This document shows positions 45,375 through 58,900 of a stretch of DNA of 64,000 nucleotides, piece by piece. The notes beneath the pieces were generated by a model that saw only the letters and a list, made by a program, of their open reading frames with translations, was not told where the DNA came from and made no database searches. The stretch lies in assembly GCA_943704425.1 (NCBI GenBank), contig CALSCP010001214.1:19606-83605 (forward strand), written 5' to 3'. Positions within the stretch are counted from its first letter, which is position 1. Each line of letters opens with the position of its first letter. Source of the DNA: Ministeria vibrans ATCC 50519 (lineage: Eukaryota; Protista; Filasterea). The position numbers and the translations under genes were made by a program.

Positions 45375-48300
45375 GCCTTTGCGTTTCTGTTGTAACAATT
45401 GCACTTGTTCCATTAAGAACAGCTTGTCTTTGCGCTCTTGCATCAGCGCCCGTTCAATGTCTCGTTTTTCCAATGCTCCTCTGCGCAACATATCAACATC
45501 GCAATTATTATTATAGTTATTATCATGACTCATGAGCAAAATGAAAAACGTACCGTAACGTTCGCACATTCATCATGTACATAAGAAACCTATCAATTGG
45601 CAGCTGGTTAAGTATCGCGGTCCTAATTGCTTTTTTTGTTGTTGTTGTCAATAACGTACACAAAAATGACTAAAAGCGGAACAATCACTGCGGCTGAGCC
45701 CAAATAGGAAAAAAGAGTGCGGAAAAAGTCGGGAAGTGACTCAACCCAGAGCGTAATTGCACTAAAAGGAGCAGAGTACTCTGGCGAAGGGTAAGGGCCA
45801 CACCCTACACTCCATCTACAAACATATATATACAGTTTACGTTAGCTACAACACAACTAGACAACGAAAACTGACTCTGAAATGACGAGTAAAACGGGAA
45901 TGGCAGAGAGGAAGAGACCACCAAGGAGAGTGATAAAGAAGAAGCCCGAGTGTCGGCTCTGATGCCATCGCTTGGAAGGCGGACGGCACAAGTGCCGCAC
46001 AATCCCATACCTAAAAAAAAATCATAATAGAGTTATGATAGATCATGATCGATCCTTAATTTTGGTTTCGCTTTTTTATATGAAATAATCATAATTATCG
46101 TAATTATTACCAGGTGAGAATGAAGAGGATGTTTGAAAGAACTCCCACTACGGGAAGCAAAGGACACGCAAATGTGCCCATCCTATATTAACAAAATGCA
46201 CAACGAACAAAGTCATAATAACGTCAAATATTTTCGAGTATGTACCAGACGAGGGACTGGCGATAAGTAATGGAAAGCACGGCCACAGACATATCGAGTT
46301 CACGGTGACCTGCGCAGCGATACACCACATAACGCATAGCAAACACGCCAAAACTAGAAACAAAAAGAATCATAATTATTAGAATTATACTTGAATCAAT
46401 CAATGTCAATGTCACTAGTCCACGATATTCTCGTACCATTGAATGAGAGTGTCGATAACAACCAAACGATAAAACTCTTGTCCAAACACAGTCAAAGGAC
46501 ACTCGGTCTGATCGTCCCCAGTCGTCCGCACATACAGCGCATAAATCAGAATGTATAGACTGCTCCACCGAATCAGCGCACTCCGCACAATATTCACTTT
46601 CATTTCAGAGTATCCACTACACAATTAATATTGTCAGCGTACATGCAAAAACACATACTATTACTAATATTATTATTATTGGTATTGACGTTTTTAAATC
46701 TCTCTCACAAAGTGAATTACAGTGAGTTATACTAAATGCGTGCCATACGCTCACCTCTCATAGGACTCCCAACGAGGAAACTGTCGGAAGAGAAAAGGTA
46801 AACCCGCATTAACCAAGGAAATGAGAATAGGCACTGCATAAACTGTAAATGAGCTTGGCAGTGCTCCCGCATCACGAGCCTAACATAATAGTAAAATTAT
46901 TATTATTAATAAAAAACATTATTACGAATCCATTGCACCTACTTGAATAAGAAAGTACACTGCACAGGCGCCTGCCACAATAATGAGAAGAGTGAGACAC
47001 CAGAAGAAAAGACGAGTAAGGCGAATGGATCGGATTTGGTGAGGGGAGCGAGAGCGGATGCGATTGCGCTGATCGCACTCTGCGAGTTGGTCGCGTAGAT
47101 TCTCTGTTATGCCCATTTGGAGGAGCGTGACTGCTTGTGCGCTAGTGAGCGTGAAATCCCAGGCACAGAGGACGTTGTGGGTAAACTTGTAGGAGTGGGA
47201 AGACGTGGAGCGGACGAGAGAGGCAAAGGCGGAGGGAACTGACGGGTCCCAGGCGGAGCGGATGGAGCGGGCAATGAGAAGACAGCAGAGGGCAAGGGAC
47301 GCGTAGCAGACGAGAAGGTAGGCTAGAGCCATGTTGTAGTGCGGGGGTAGAGATGGAGAATACGCGCCAAAGAAGGCCCACGACTGTCCCATGGCGGACG
47401 AAGCGGTGATAAGCGAGGAAATGCGAAACGGCTCGGTGATGTTGCGCGCGTAGTCAAAGTGGATGGCCTGTGGGAGTACAACAAAGGCGCTGTAGAGGAG
47501 CGACGTAAGGACATTGAGGAGCAGAATAAAGCGCGAGAAGACAAAGAAGGAGGCATAGCCAGTGCCAAAATCGCCCTCGATGCGATGGGTGAGAGCGGAA
47601 AAGAACGGGAAATAGTGCAGCAGAGTGTGGCCAGCAAGACGCGCTGCCTTCTTGCGCGCTTGAAAGTCGTGGAAGAGTAACTCGAGTCGGTTTAGGTGCG
47701 CTCGCACATTTGATCGTGCGGGTCGCACGCCGCCTAGACCTGCCCGCTGTCCTGCGTCTGTTTCAAACCCCTTTGCGGGTACTGCCTCAGCATGTTCATC
47801 GTGTGCTCGGGACTGTCGACCTGCATGATCGAGAGCTCCTACTTCATGGTCAGCTATGGCCAACGGCACCACAGCTGTTGAGCTGTCACTGCATGTCGCA
47901 CTGTCTTCACGTCCCTCAGCGACCGTCGCCTCCGCTGGCGCTACCTGTACGCCTCTCCGTCGCCATCCGGCGCCACGAGGGGCACGACCATTTGCTGCTG
48001 CTGCTGCTGATGGTCCCTGGTGAGCATGAACGCCGTCACGTTTGAGCAGTGCCACTGTGTCGGTCTCCAGTTGATTGGTCACGCGCGACTGTGCCTCGCA
48101 ATCGTCGACGGTACCGGTGCCGTCATTGTCGTTGTCAAAACTGGCTTCTGCATGTACAATGCGTCCATTGGACCAGACGTTGCGCTCCGATGACGACGAT
48201 GTCGGTCTGGACAATTTCTTCATAATTTTGAGTTTGCCGCGGTGAGTCAGCATGCTCAATGTGCTCCATTGGCGTGACGCTGTCGCTTTTGTTGTCGCGT

Positions 48301-49142
48301 CGACACTGATCATAGGGGTGTTCACGGCACTTTTAGATTGCTCTAATGGCGAGCCATATGCGTCCAGCTCGGTCGCGTCGACTGCTGCACCAGCAGTTCC
48401 TTGAAGCATCATCAAAGTGCGTTGGCGTCGTTTCATGGCATTGCGCCCCGCCGTGCCCATCGCCCCGCAGGACTGCACTTCGCGTTCGTTGACCGACAGA
48501 CCACTTGATGCGCCATTGACGTCTTCGTCAGCAACGTCACTTCCATCTTGACTTGTCCGAGCCGTCAACAAGGCTTGTCGATCGTTGATAATTACAGATG
48601 TTACACTTGCCAGGCGTGCTTGCGTAGTTATCGATGCAATCGAATTGGAACTCGCATTAATGGGGGCGCCGGCCGTCGCTCGAGCAGTGTCACTCAGAAT
48701 CTGTGCATTTACGACGCATTATTTACGATTATTTTTAGTGCATTCTTTCAGCTTTTAGCAACTCCCTTGTGAATGTTGCGGCGCCTTACCGACTTGGTCG
48801 CGCGAATGGCAAGACCCGAATGCGGCTCGCGCGCTCTTTCAACGTTGGCACTGAATGACGGCAGCTGATTGAGAATGTCATTGTACTTTGCCTTGGCAAC
48901 CAGTACAGAATGTTTAACGCAAGCCCCTATTCATGCTGCGACACACTTACCACATCCTTCCAACTGACCGCGCGGGGCCCTCGTCGCGCTCTACACGCGT
49001 ACGACGATGTAAGTAAAGCGGGACAAATAACAAATTCTTACAGCACTTTGGGTCGTGGCACCGATTCCGCAATGTCCCCTTCACTCATCTCCGTGTCGTA
49101 ATTCTCGTGAATCTCACCAGTGGTGCCGTTTTCCCCGTCCAT
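45240..49142 (-). CDS. TMC: Transmembrane channel-like (TMC) family protein, multi-exon
   Basis: IEGDFGTGYASFFVFSRFILLLN, YNMALAYLLV, FTHNVLCAWDF, ECPLTVFGQEFYRL (TMC signature region) and ITYRQSLVW. The 5' exons MDGENG…PKVL|ARRGPRAVSWKDV|AKYNDILNQLPS…|ILSDT splice in phase into ORF 46922-48571. Confidence 0.88.
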
Positions 49143-49292
49143 TGCAAGCGAGCTGAAGAGAGATTTCTGTGTTTGTCTGTTTGAACTTTAAACTTCAGTT
49201 GACTCTACTAACTTTCGAGTATTTTTTTTTGTTTCTTTTACGAAAACTCTTCAGCTTGAGACGTCTTGTCAGTTGTCAGTGTGATTCCGACA
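49143..49292. promoter_or_regulatory. Putative bidirectional promoter between TMC and the EGF/ZU5 receptor (150 bp ATG to ATG)
   Basis: Divergent inferred start codons at 49142(-) and 49293(+) with an AT-rich spacer. No specific motif was identified. Confidence 0.55.
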
Positions 49293-49364
49293 ATGAACGG
49301 ATCACTCGTGCTGTTTGCGTTTCTTCTGGCACTCGCGTCGGCTCATATCCATGTAAGGCACTGA

Positions 49365-49396
<32 letters not shown>

Positions 49397-49937
49397 CGTA
49401 CCCCTCGCGCCCCTGCATGCGATCGACCATCCCACCCCTCAGCATCCTCAAAGTATCAAGAATGCCCTGGGGGGAGAGGGAGCGGAAGGGAGAGTGTGCG
49501 TTTAACACACACACTCTCTCTCCTCTCACTCTCTCTCGCGATCAATGATTCAAAAAAAGAATAAAGGAGCATTTTGTGTGTGTCGTCACGAATCCTGTGC
49601 TGCCGTTACAGGACGGCTTGCGTGTGTCGCTGGGCGCAGGGGGGGGTGCCAGACGCGCCCGGCCCTTGCTGTGCGGGGCACGCGGGCTCTCGGGCGATGT
49701 GCTTGTCGCGCAGTCTAATTGAGGGAAATCTGTCGTGTGTGGGTAGACGATCGCTGAGTCCCCCGCATCGCCCTCGCTGGCCCGTATCGCCTGCTGCCGT
49801 TGCCCCCATTGCCACACGGCATCCATCACACACCCTTTCGACCTCTTCCGATGCACCGCTTTCTTTTGCTTTAGTGTTCTTCGTCAAATGGATTTTTTTT
49901 TTCAAATCGTAACTGACGTGTCCTTTTTTTTTCTTCT

Positions 49938-49969
<32 letters not shown>

Positions 49970-52900
49970 CGTGTTTCACTCTCTCTCTCACACTCACCAG
50001 CGACGCGCTCCTTGTGCCCTCATCAACGGCAACGATTGCCAAAACAACGGTGCGTGCCCGCCCGTGTCCGACAGCGACGCCACCGGCTGCTACTGTCCCG
50101 TGGGCTTCCTCCCACCGGACTGTGCGCAAGCAACGTCTTCATCGACGTGCACAAACGTAAGTTCGCTGATTGTGCAGCACACAACGCACACACACACATG
50201 CGAGATCATCCCTCATCCACCATGCGTCTTCCCACACACACACACACACACTCTCTCTCTCTCTCTCTCTCTCTCTGACATGTGCGCCCTATTGATGATC
50301 GCCTTTCTCTCGTAGGGGCAAACTTGTCACTTTCGTGGGCTGTGTACCTACACAGCGGCTGCTCCATGTCACTGTCTGACTGACACGACTGGCACCAATT
50401 GCGAGACTTGCTCGCTTGCATCCCTCTCAGGGGCCTGTCCAACCCTTCTGGGGGAATACTGCGGCACCTCGAGCAACGCCGAGGCAGTCTGCGTCACGTT
50501 TGAGGCCAATTCAATTGTCTACGATGGACCCGACGTGCTCACAGGCGGCACCGTCTCGCTCGCGACCGGGCCTAGCTCGTGTTCAGCCGACTCGCCTGGC
50601 TCATCCTTTTTCAGTCTTGACGCCATTGCGACAGTGCCCTCGAGTGTCGCTGGGCTCACCTCGCGCTGGCGCATTCAATTCACCTCGGACGACACAATCA
50701 CCATCATCTTCACGTCGCCCGCCTACTGCGCTCGCGTCGAGACCTATGGCGCAACCACAACACAGGCGGTCTCGGCTGTGCTTCAACGTCAAGTACAGCC
50801 CAGCCCGAGTGCCCAGCCCACCGCATGTGCCTCCAACCCGTGCCAGAATGGCGCCACTTGCGCCGCCGACGCACAAGTCTTCTTTCAGTGTACCTGCGCC
50901 GCCACCTTCACCGGCACTCTTTGCGACCAAGTCATTGGCGCTGCCCTTCCTTGCGACTCGTCTCCCTGTCAGAACGAGGGTACTTGCACCAACGACAGTC
51001 CGTCGGAGTTTTCGTGTGATTGCGAAGAGGACTTTGAAGGCGATCTGTGCGAAACGGAATTGCCAGCGCCGCCGGGCGCCTGTGACTCAGAACCTTGTTC
51101 CTTTGCCGGCACCATTGACTGTTTCGACAATGGCTTTGATTTTTTTATCTGTCAATGTGAAGAAGGGTACCAGGGTGACCTCTGCGAACAGCAGACTGTC
51201 GGAGGAATCTGCGGCTCATTTCCCTGCCAGAATGGAGGCACCTGCTCCGATTCTACTGGCGCTGTGGTGTGCACTTGCCCGACCGGCACCACTGGATCCT
51301 TCTGTGAGGTTGAAATTAATCCCTGCGCCTCCATTCCGTGTCAGAACAACGGTGCTTGCTTCGACCTCGGCGGCTATGAATTCTCCTGCTCGTGCGAGCC
51401 CGATTTCACCGGTACCCTTTGTGAGGCTGCTCTACTCCCGTGCGATTCCAATCCCTGTCAGAATGGTGCCACTTGCCAAGCTGTTGGTACCACATCCTAC
51501 ACGTGTACGTGCACTTCGAGCTACTCGGGCACTCATTGTGAACTGTTCGATCCGTGCGTTTCGTCACCCTGTCAAAATGGCGGTGTTTGCGTCGACTCGC
51601 CCGATGACTTTTCTTGTGTCTGCCCGCAAGGCTTCACAGGTACCCTTTGCGACGTTGTCGTGCCTCTGCCTTGCTCGTCCAATCCGTGCCAGAATGGCGC
51701 AACGTGCACCGACCAGGGAGTGGGCACCGACTACGTCTGTACGTGTGCGTCTCTCTTCACCGGCACCACCTGCGAGTCTGCCTTGCCTCTCGCGTGCGAG
51801 TCGTCGCCTTGCCGCAACAGCGGTACGTGCGTCGACCAGGGCTCCAGCAGCTTCTTTTTCTGCGTCTGCCTCGAAACGTACCACGGCGACGTGTGCGAGA
51901 CCTTTGTGCCGCCCGAGTGCGACTCGAGTCCCTGTGTCAACGGCGCCTCCTGCCGCGAAGACATCCTCGGCTTTGTCTGCATTTGCCTCGAGACGCACAC
52001 GGGTGCTCACTGCGAATCGCTTTTGCCTACTCCGTGTGAGTCGTCGCCCTGTGCCAATGCTGCGACGTGCGCCGACACGGGCGTCAATAGCGACTTTGTG
52101 TGCACTTGCGCCACCGACTTTACCGGCACCCATTGCGAGTCTTACATTGGCATTCTGGACCATTGTAACTCATCGCCGTGCTTTGGTTCGTCCAGCTGCA
52201 CCGATACGACCACCGGCTACTTTTGCACGTGTGCCACGGGATTTACAGGTGTTCACTGTGGTGCTCTCGTGCCCGTCTGCGACTCACAACCGTGCGTTAA
52301 CAGTGGTTCCTGTGTTCAAACAGGGCCAGCGCTCTTCTCGTGCATGTGTTCCACCGACTACACGGGAGACCTGTGCGAAACACGCATTCCCCACGCTTGC
52401 GAGTCGAATCCGTGTCTTCACGGCGCCTCGTGCGACGACTCGGGACCGTCCTTCTACACGTGCACCTGTCCCGCAGACTACACTGGCCTCACCTGTGAGT
52501 CAGTCATTGACAACTGTGCCCTGGATCCTTGCTTGAACGCAGGCACCTGTATTGACGGTGTACACACGTACACGTGTGTGTGTGCGTCCGGCTACTCGGG
52601 CACACGCTGTGCCGAGAACATTGATGAGTGTGCCTCGTCGCCCTGCCTCAACTTTGGCTTTTGCACCGACGGTGTCAGCTCGTACACATGCACTTGCAGT
52701 CAGTTTTACACGGGCGAGCTTTGTGAGACGACCTTGCCTAACGCGTGCGAGTCGTCTCCTTGTCAAAATGGCGCGCCTTGCTCCCACAACGGTCCTGCCG
52801 AGTTTACATGTCAGTGCTCGGGTGACTACGCTGGCATTCACTGCGAAACCTTCATTGGTCCACCGCCCGCCTGTGACTCGAACCCTTGCCAGAATGGCGC

Positions 52901-55900
52901 GTCGTGCAGCGAATTGCCTGACCACGGAGGCTTCCTGTGCGACTGCACGGCCGCCTTTACGGGCCTCGACTGCTCCATCGAATTGACCCCCTGTGACTCG
53001 TTCCCGTGTCAGAACGGTGGCACGTGTGATGTATCGCTCCAGACCTTTGTGTGTACCTGTGCCGAAGACTTCACGGGCGCCATGTGCGAGTCGTTTGCCG
53101 GCGAGTGCACTTCGTCGCCTTGCCAGAACAGCGGTGTGTGTGTCGAGGCATCCGGCGGTGGCATCGAGTGCCAGTGTGTCTCGGGCTCGACTGGAGCCCT
53201 GTGCGAGGTGGTCATCGACGCGTGCGACTCGAGTCCGTGTGGCAATGGTGGCACGTGTACACCGCAGGGCCTTGTGCACTCGTGCGCCTGTGCACCCGGT
53301 TTCATGGGCGACTTTTGTGAACAGTCTGTGCAACCGTGCGACTCGTCGCCCTGTCTCAATGGCGCCTTTTGCGCCAACGACGGCTCTGATTTCTTCTGTG
53401 ACTGCGGCAACACAGGCTATGCGGGCACAACGTGCGAGATTTTCCTGGGCACCAACACCGACTGTGACTCGTCGCCGTGCCACTTTGGCGCCGAGTGCTT
53501 TTCGGGCGAGTTTGGTCTCGAGTGCTTTTGCGACGCCGGCTTTGAGGGACTCTTGTGTGAGACTAACATTGACGAGTGTGCCTCGCAACCATGCCTCAAC
53601 GACGCCACCTGTGTCGACGGCGCCAACAGCTTCAGTTGCTCGTGCACCTCGGGGTTTACGGGCTCGCGCTGTGAAAACGACCTGAACGAGTGCGACTCGT
53701 CACCTTGCATCAATGGCGGGGCCTGTGTCAACAGTCCCAACCGCTTCTTCTGCACGTGTCCCTCGGGCTTCTTTGGTCTCACTTGCGAGGCGACGGGCTG
53801 TTCGCCCAACCCTTGTCAGAACGGTGGTACATGTTCGTTCAATGGCGCTGCCCAAGAGCTCTTGTGTGCCTGTGCGACTGGCTACACAGGTGACTACTGC
53901 GAGGTTGAGATTGATCATTGTGCGTCGGATCCGTGTGATGCAAGTAACACCCTCTCGTGTGCCAGTTCCGTCGCCGGCTACGCGTGTTCGTGTCGCGCTG
54001 GCTACACCGGCATCACATGCACCGTGGACATTGACGAGTGTGCGTCGTCGCCTTGTCAGAACACGGGCACGTGCAACAACCACATTGACTCTTTCACGTG
54101 CACCTGTCCACCGGGTACGACCGGCGACCTCTGCGAGAACAACTTCAACGAGTGTGCTTCGAACCCGTGCTTCAACGCGGGCACCTGCATGGACGGTATT
54201 GACTCGTACACGTGCGTATGCGTCGCGGGCTTTACTGGTCTCAAGTGTGGTGAAAACATTGACGACTGTGCTTCTCAGCCGTGCATCAATGGCGCAACCT
54301 GCCTTGACTCTGTCAATTCGCACAGTTGCACTTGTCGTCCGGGATTCACAGGCGACCACTGTCAAACGGAGTTTGACGAGTGTGCGTCGTCGCCGTGTTT
54401 CTTTGGTGCGACGTGTACCGATGTTGAAAATGGATTTATGTGTACTTGTAGCATGGGCTACACCGGCTCGACGTGTGCCTTTGACATTGACGACTGTGTA
54501 TCGCTGCCCTGTGCCCACGGTGGCACCTGTACCGACATGCTCAACGACTTTGCGTGTGCGTGTGCCGCGGGCTTTACCGGTACTCGCTGCGAGTCGGAGT
54601 TCATCGAGTGTGCGTCATCACCATGCCAGAACGGCGCTACTTGTGTCGAGGGCGCCAATTCGTTTTCGTGTCAGTGCGTGCTGGGCCACACGGGCGTGCT
54701 ATGCGAGTCGCAAATTCTCGAGTGTGCCTCGACTCCGTGTCGCAATGGCGCTACCTGCGTAGACATGCTTGATGGCTACAACTGCGTGTGTGTGGCGGGA
54801 TTCACAGGCGACGAGTGTGGCGTTGAGATTAGCGAGTGTCTATCGTTTCCCTGTCAAAACGGCGGTCAGTGTGTCGATGGACTCAATGAGCACACGTGTG
54901 AGTGCGAGGCGGGCTTTACGGGCTCCGAGTGCGAGGTGGACATTGACGAGTGCACGTCGCAACCGTGTCAGGGCGGTGGCACGTGCACGCCGGGCAACAA
55001 CCAGTACACGTGTACCTGTCGTGCGGGTCTCTTTGGTGCCAACTGCGAGTCGTCCAGTTGCACGCCCAATCCATGTGTCCAGGGCACTTGTTCGCTCGTG
55101 AACAACGAAGCACAGTGTGCCTGCGACGCCGGCTACACCGGAGCCTTTTGCGACGTTGAGATTGACCATTGTGCGTCATCACCGTGTGTCGCGGACCAGT
55201 CTATCTCGTGTTCGGTGGTCAACAATGCGCCCGTGTGCGTGTGCCACGGAGGATTCACTGGCGATCGATGCGAGTCGAACATTCTCGAGTGTCTCTCGCA
55301 GCCGTGTAAGAATGGCGGAACGTGTGTCGATGCCGAAAACTCTTATGCGTGTGTGTGTGCCACGGGCTACACCGGAGCCGATTGCCAGACCAACGTGAAC
55401 GAGTGCGCGTCGCGTCCATGTCGCAATGGCGCCACTTGCGTTGACGGCGATGCATCCTTTGTGTGCATCTGTCGCACCGGCTACACCGGTGACCTGTGCG
55501 ACGCAGACATTGGCGAGTGCACTTCGTCACCGTGTCAAAATAGCGCCACCTGCAACGAACTGGTCAACTCGTACGCGTGCACGTGTGCGGCGGGATTCAC
55601 CGGTACACACTGTGCCAACGACATTGACGAGTGCGCCTCGAACCCGTGCGTCAATGGCGCTACCTGTGTCAATGGTATTGACATGTACTCGTGCACCTGC
55701 GCGCCGGGCTACACCGGCAACGAGTGCGCGGTGAACATTGACGAGTGCAACTCGTCGCCTTGTCAGAATGGTGCCACTTGCATCGACATGGTGTCGAGCG
55801 CGTCGTGTGTGTGCGTCGTGGGCTACACCGGTAGCATGTGTGAGTCGAATATTGACGAGTGTGTGTCGTCGCCGTGTCTTAATGGTGGTAATTGCATTGA

Positions 55901-58900
55901 TGCGCTGGACGCTTTTTCGTGCTCGTGTGCGGCGGGTTTTACCGGCGAACTGTGTGCGACGAATCTGGACGATTGTGTATCGATGCCCTGTCAGAATGGT
56001 GGTTCCTGTGTGGACGGAGCGAACGCGTATCAGTGTGCGTGTCCCGCGGGCTTTGACGGACTTCACTGCCAGTCGAGTGGCTGTTCGCCCAACCCGTGTG
56101 TTGAGGGATCGTGTGCCCTTGTGAACGGTACCATTGCATGTACATGCGATGAGGGCTTCACGGGTGCTCTGTGTGACGCCGAAATTAACCTGTGCGACTC
56201 GTCGCCATGTGTCGCGGCGAACACGGCCCAGTGCGTGTCGGGCGATGGTGTGTACACTTGCCAGTGTCAGGCGGGATTTAATGGTGACGCGTGCGAGGTC
56301 AATGTTGACGAGTGTGCCTCGATGCCGTGTGTCAATGCGGCGACCTGCGTGGACGGCACCAATGGTTATGCATGTGCTTGTCAGACTGGCTACACGGGTG
56401 TGCAGTGCGAGACGGACATTGACGAGTGTGCTTCGTCGCCGTGTCTCAATGACGCCCCTTGCTCGACACCCTCGAGTGGTCTCTTTGCCTGCGCCTGTGC
56501 CGGTGGCTTCGCGGGCGCCCGATGCGAGTCGAACATTGACGAGTGTGCGTCGTCGCCGTGCACCAACGGCGGTACATGCGAGAATGGACCGAATCACTGG
56601 TCGTGTGTGTGCATTGGCGGGTTCACGGGCGACCAGTGCGAGACGGAGTTTGACGAGTGTGCGTCGATGCCGTGTCTGCACGCTGGTTCGTGCGCCGACA
56701 CAGTTAACGGCTATGTGTGCACGTGTGCTGTTGGCTACACGGGCAGTCAGTGCTCGGCAAACATTGACGACTGTGCCACAAATCCGTGTCAGAATGGCGC
56801 CACTTGTGTGGACATGGTCGACGCGTATGCTTGTGTGTGCGACGCGGGCCTCACCGGCGACAAGTGCCAGTCGATCATTGGCGGGTGTGCTTCGGCGCCC
56901 TGTGTGAGTGCCAACACACTGTCGTGCACCAGTGCCTCCATTGACTATACGTGCACGTGCAAGACGGGCTTCACGGGTTTGCAATGCGAGTCGGCTATTG
57001 ATGACTGTGCCTCGGAGCCGTGTGCCAACGGTGGCACCTGCCTCGATCAGCTGAGCGGCTACTCATGCGTGTGTGCAAGTGGATTTGGCGGTATTGGCTG
57101 TGTCAACAACGTCGATGAGTGCTTGTCCATGCCCTGTCTCAATGCGGGTACCTGTGTGGACGCGATCAATGGCCATACATGTACCTGCGTGACTGGCTTC
57201 ACGGGCGACGCGTGCGAGACGAACATTGATGAGTGCGAGGGGATCGCACCGTGCGCGAATGGTGGCACTTGCGTGGACGCAGTCAGCAGCTACGTGTGCG
57301 TGTGTGCCTCGGGCTACACGGGTGCCGTGTGCGCTGTGGACGTGGACGAGTGCGAATCGTCGCCGTGCCAGAACGGAGGAACGTGTACTGATTCGGCCGA
57401 TGCCTATGTGTGCGAGTGTGCTACAGGCTTTGCGGGCTTTTCGTGCGAGAGTGACCAGGTACCATGTGACTCGTCACCATGCGTGAATGGCGCAACGTGT
57501 GTCGGCAAAGGGCTCGCCTGGTCATGCTCGTGCTCGCCAGGATACACGGGTGCTCAGTGTGAAGCAGACATTGACGAGTGTGCGTCGGATCCGTGTGCGA
57601 ACGGAGGCACCTGCTCTGCCCCACAAGTGGGCGAATTCGCGTGTGTGTGCTCGACGGGTTTCAACGGACCCCAGTGCCAGTTCCCCGACGGCGACTGTTC
57701 GTCGTCGCCGTGTCAGAATGGCGGAACATGCAGCACGGTGGTTTCGGCGAGTGTGTGCGCATGCATGCCGGGCTACACCGGCGCCCAATGTGAGGTGAAC
57801 ATTGATGAGTGTTTGTCTATGCCATGTCAGAATGGCGCTACATGCGTCGACGCAGTCAATGGCTACTCGTGCACCTGTGCTGCAGGGTTTACGGACACAA
57901 CCTGTGCGACGATGTTCACCGAGTGTTCGTCGAGTCCGTGTTTGTCGGGGGGTACCTGTGTGCAAGGCAGTGGGATGTACACGTGCACGTGTGTGCCGGG
58001 CTTTGTGGGCGACCACTGTGAGTACGAAGAGGGATCGTGCGACAGTGCGCCGTGCCTCAATGGCGCCGAGTGTGTCGTGGCGGGCGGCGGCGGCGCGTCG
58101 CGTCGTCGTCGTGGTGCGGGTGACTCGTACACGTGCAATTGTTTGGCGGGCTACACGGGCGTGCATTGTGAGTCGGACATTGACGAGTGCGCGTCCACAC
58201 CGTGTACCAATGGCGGCACCTGTGCCCAGTCGGTGGTTGGTTTGTACGCGTGCACTTGTGTTCCCGGCTTCACGGGGGTGTCGTGTGCCGTCAACATTGA
58301 CGACTGTGCGTCGACTCCCTGCGCGAACGGCGCTACGTGTGTGGACGGAGTCAACGGGTACGTGTGCACCTGTGCGTTAGGCTTCACCGACAGCAACTGT
58401 CTGACGGACATGGACGACTGTGCGTCATCACCGTGCGTGTCACTTGGCACAGCGTCGTGCGGAAATCTAGTGGGTAGCTATGCATGCGCATGCAAAGCAG
58501 GCTACACAGGTGATCGGTGCGAGACGGATATTAACGAGTGTGCATCGAACCCGTGTGTGAACCAGGGGGTGTGCACACAGCCGAGTGCGAACGAGTGGAA
58601 GTGTGTGTGTCCGCCAGGCTTTGCGGGCGACCGTTGCGAGGCGAACAACGACGAGTGTGCGTCATCACCGTGTCTCAATGGGGCGGTGTGTGCAGATGGT
58701 TTTAATGGGTTCGTCTGTCAGTGTGCACTCGGGTTTACGGGGACGATGTGCGAGTCGGAGCTGAAGGAGTGTGCGTCGTCACCGTGTCAGAATGGTGCGT
58801 CATGTACCGAGGTGGGTGTTGTCTTTGAGTGTGCATGCCCCGCGGGCTACACGGGTTCGCAGTGTGAGACTGACATTGACGAGTGTGCGTCGTCGCCGTG

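Noticed and set aside
50416-58400. Long alternative-frame and antisense ORFs over the EGF genes (e.g. 50416-52536, 18731-20539, 19062-20543, 55527-56984)
   Set aside because: These are shadow ORFs expected from GC-rich repetitive codon usage and show no recognisable protein features.
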